This document shows positions 60,358 to 64,000 of a DNA stretch of 64,000 nucleotides, in pieces. Made by a program: the position numbers and the translations under genes. Source of the DNA: the human T2T-CHM13v2.0 reference genome, Homo sapiens. Positions within the stretch are counted from its first letter, which is position 1. Each line of letters starts with the position of its first letter. Where the stretch lies: the NCBI RefSeq assembly GCF_009914755.1, contig NC_060928.1; one strand, written 5' to 3'. The notes under the pieces were generated by a model. The model made no database searches. It had not been told where the DNA came from and saw nothing but the letters and a program-made list of their open reading frames with translations.

Positions 60358-60756
60358 TTAGGTTGGTACAAAAGTAATTGCGGTTTTTGCCATTTTTTTT
60401 TTAAATGGTCAAAACCACAATTCCTTTTTTTTTTTTTTTTTGATGGGGGGAGCCTTGCTTTGTCTCCCAGGCTGAAGTGCAGTGGTGGGATCTTGGCTCA
60501 CTGCAACCTCTGCCTCTCATGTTCAAGTGATTATCCTGCTTCAGCCTCTTGAGCAGCTGGGACTATAGGCACTTGCTACCACACCCAGCTAATTTTTGTA
60601 TTTTTAGTAGAGACGGGGTTTCACCTTGTTGGCCAGGCTGGGCTCGAACTCGTGATCTCACGTGATCTGTGCGAATTGGTCTGCCAAAGTGTTGGGATTA
60701 CAGATGTGAGCCACCGCACCCAGTTGAAACCACAGTTAACTTTTGCACTTACCTAA
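60358..60756. mobile_element. MADE1 (Hsmar1 MITE) split by an antisense Alu (~60421-60725)
   Basis: ttaggttggtacaaaagtaattgcggtttttgccatt...aatggtcaaaaccacaatt [Alu] aaaccacagttaacttttgcacttacctaa. Confidence 0.85.
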
Positions 60757-60871
60757 ATATTTTTTAAAAAGTGTTTCAGAGTATTACTAAAAGAATGTAT
60801 GATGGTTAAAATGAGTTAAATGCATTCCACCTTTTAGGAGCAAATATGCTATTCTTTCTTTAGTATGCCCT

Positions 60872-61045
60872 AGGGCACTTGTCATCAAAGTATGGTCCCT
60901 GGTCCAGCATCACTTTAGGAACGTGCAAGAAATGCACATTCTCAGGCCCACCCCAGAACTCTACTGAGTCAGAAACTCTGTCAGCTGGTCTTTCATGAAA
61001 CTCTCCAGGTGATTCTGAAGCAGGCTGAAATCAGAGCTACTGGCT
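60872..61045. mobile_element. MER5A-like MITE
   Basis: tcaaagtatggtccctggtccagcatca...agaaatgcacattctcaggcccacccca...ctccaggtgattctga. Confidence 0.75.
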
Positions 61046-62271
61046 TAGGGTGCTAGTGAAATCTTGGCTGGCAATCCTTTCCTTAGGGTTAGATCTGTCT
61101 GGACGTTGGATACGCTCTAAATTGTTTCGTGATGACTGTGTCCCTGTCAGGAGGTTAAAATAGTGATGGAAAGCCTAAGCTTTGACTTCTCATTTCCAAA
61201 GGATTTGAGACTATAGCTGGTTTGTGTTAATGGAATAGGTTTAGTAGGATTTTTAGTGTTACTTACTTTGTATTTAATATTGCTTGTGAGTTCTTATAGG
61301 ATAAGTACCTAAGGCATTAGATGCCATTAAAAAGATTATGCCTTTAGTTTCATCTTATTATATTTACAGTATTTTATATGGCATGTGAAGCTTGTTTTAA
61401 TCAGTTCTTTTACAGTTTATGTGGATTTCTGTTGGCAGGCACATTCAGAATGGAGGAAATTCATCTTGAACTTATTTGTGAGAACATTTCTCAGTTTGGT
61501 TTAAAAGTTGTCAGTGACCTAATTTTATGAAGACTTTTTCCTCCTTGGAACTGACCTTTACAATTGGACAGCATTGCTTTTTCTTACAATTCTCTTTTTC
61601 CCGTAAGCCTGTTATTCAGTCAGATAGGGATGTCTTTGTAAAACCTGTTTTTCAGGAATGTACCGTTTGAGAGTTTAATTTACTGACTCAGAATCCTATA
61701 GAGATCACAGTCAGGAATAACTCAAATCAAAATTCTAAAATGAGTGAAGATTATCTTAGGCAGGAGGCCTGTCTCCTTCTTGGACCCCTTTCCCTGCAAG
61801 GCCTTGCCCCATGACTCAGTGTCCTCTCTGTTGGTGACTCATTATCATCTGTGGCCTTCCAGCCTTGTCATCATCAGATTCTACTTCCCTGTTGAAACTT
61901 ACATTTCCTGAATTTCATATCCTTAGGGTGTATTCTCTGCTTCTGAGGAATCGGCCAACTCTGCTCTCTTCTTCCCCCTGACTGCCCCGTCCGACATACA
62001 CACACCCACCCACACACACACAAGGGACCCTAGAATGTAACCAGCCCATTTAATTGTCTAATCCAGAGGAGTGATTCGATTATTGGGAATGTGTGCAGCT
62101 GAGTCTGCTGTTTCACTAGGGAAATATTTCGGGATGAGCCAAGGTACCTAGGATCAGCCTTTAGACCATGTCATGAAAATATTAGATGGTATAGCCTTGA
62201 AAACAAAGAACTGAAGAGAACTTAGGGAGACATATTTGACCACTTAATTTTTTTTTTTTTTTTAAAAGAGG

Positions 62272-62614
<343 letters not shown>

Positions 62615-63081
62615 TCACTAAATAAGGTTGTGACAGAGATGAAAATAGAATCTTTCACATCTTCTAGTATCCTAACGACATTATGCCTTACCTTTTTCTC
62701 TTTGTAAGACATAATATTTTTCCTTCCACCTTTGAACATTAGTGAAATGGATATGTATCTTATAGTTGCTATCCACCAGGCAGCAGTCATGAAACGGACA
62801 TGAGGTTACTTCTCTTTTACTCTTTGGACAACTGTAGCTCCTCAGTATTTCAGTCCACAGACCACTTAAGGAAGAAATATGAATGCTGGTGGTGGTTTGA
62901 AAACCTTCCGTTGAGACCTGGTTAGGTCAAGGAAGTGCTGGTATCAGTATCCAAAGAGTGGGTGCCTGCCATCATCTTGGAAGAAAATCCTGGATACAAG
63001 AATGGAGCTCCTTAAGAGCACCCTTTGAAGAAATGATGCATCTCCAGTATTTTCAGTGGCACAGAGGAAAAATATGTGTGG

Positions 63082-63445
63082 TGATACGGTTTGGCTCTGT
63101 GTCCCCACCCAAATCTCACCTTGAATTGTAATCCCTATGTGTTGAGGGAGGGACCTGGTGGGAGGTGATTGGGTCATAGGGCCAGTTTTCCCCATGCTGT
63201 TCTTGTTATAGTGAGGGAGTTCTCACGAGAGCTGATGGTTTAAAAGTGGCAGTTTACCCTGAACTTGGTTTCTCTCCTGCCACCATGTAAGACGTGCCCT
63301 TCTTTCCCTTCCCTTGTGCCAAGATTGTAAGTTTCCTGAGACCTCTGCAGCCATGTGGAACTGTGAGTCAGTCAAACATCTTTTGTTTATAAATTACCCA
63401 GTCTCAAGCAGTAACTTCATAGCAGTGTGAAAACAGACTAATTCA
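63082..63445 (+). mobile_element. THE1 (D-like) solo LTR
   Basis: tgatacggtttggctctgtgtccccacccaaatctca...ataaattacccagtctc...tgtgaaaacagactaattca; 5-bp TSD tgtgg. Confidence 0.9.
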
Positions 63446-63913
63446 TGTGGGAAAAACCAGATTTTGATGACTGAGATGAAAAGTGATTCAGAGGAGTTGG
63501 ACTTTGAAGAAGTTTTAGAAATATCTTAACAAAAGTAGTTTGCTTACTTCTTTATGCACAAGAGGGATACATGATGAAAACATACCTTTCAAAGAGCTTT
63601 TTCAATGTATATAAAAGTGCTAAGTGTTAAGCTATTATTTCAAGATTAGCAGGATTTTTTTGTGGTAGGATATAAAATAATGGAGTGTTTTACAGTTGGT
63701 GGTGATTAGATTCAATGATATATATATTAAGTTGGTGGTAGAGATTGTGTTAGATATTCAAGAAAATGCCAATGTAGTGGGAAAATATGGTTTCGAAGCT
63801 GTGGCAGCCATGGGCACCTCTCAGATAGAGGAAGGAGGAGTGACATTGACTATCAGGCCCAGCTGCTCTGTGGTACAGTTGTGTTAGTGTGAAAGCCATG
63901 CCTCCCACGTTCT

Positions 63914-64000
63914 GCCTATCTTTGTCTGTTTTCTGTTGCTTATAACAGAATACCTGCAACTAGGTAAATAAAAGGAATTTGTTTCTTACAGTTATGGAGG
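63914..64000. mobile_element. MST-type MaLR LTR, cut by the window end
   Basis: tgttttctgttgcttataacagaatacctg...tttcttacagttatggagg. Confidence 0.6.

Overview
Human (or closely related primate) genomic DNA, not prokaryotic. The window lies inside ARHGAP10 (GRAF2, a BAR-PH-RhoGAP-SH3 protein) on the + strand. It covers about 52.6 kb of the long intron upstream of two small coding exons, those exons (52641-52736 and 52810-52871, BAR-domain peptide SLSVAQRKFAHSLRDFKFEFIGDAVTDDERCIDASLREFSNFLKNLEEQREIM, exons 2 and 3 by recall) separated by a 73-nt intron, and about 11 kb of the next intron. Non-coding content: the MIR4799 hairpin (12687-12760), a ~2 kb almost purely A/T minisatellite just downstream, a 7SL pseudogene, about 37 Alu/FLAM copies, L1/L2/MIR relics, solo LTRs (THE1, MLT1, ERV1-type) and DNA-transposon MITEs (MER5A, MER1B, MADE1). 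The supplied ORFs are repeat-derived or chance, and the real exons are missing from that track. I find no support for a new multi-gene system. The most interesting signals are small mutational scars that look locally templated: an inverted duplication that appears to have created the MIR4799 hairpin, a 15-17 bp micro-inversion of an Alu tail, a templated insertion at ~36.3 kb, and a perfect 69-bp duplication in an Alu. The short intron bracketed by three antisense and three sense Alus is also notable. Repeat family names and boundaries were assigned by eye from remembered consensus sequences and are approximate.
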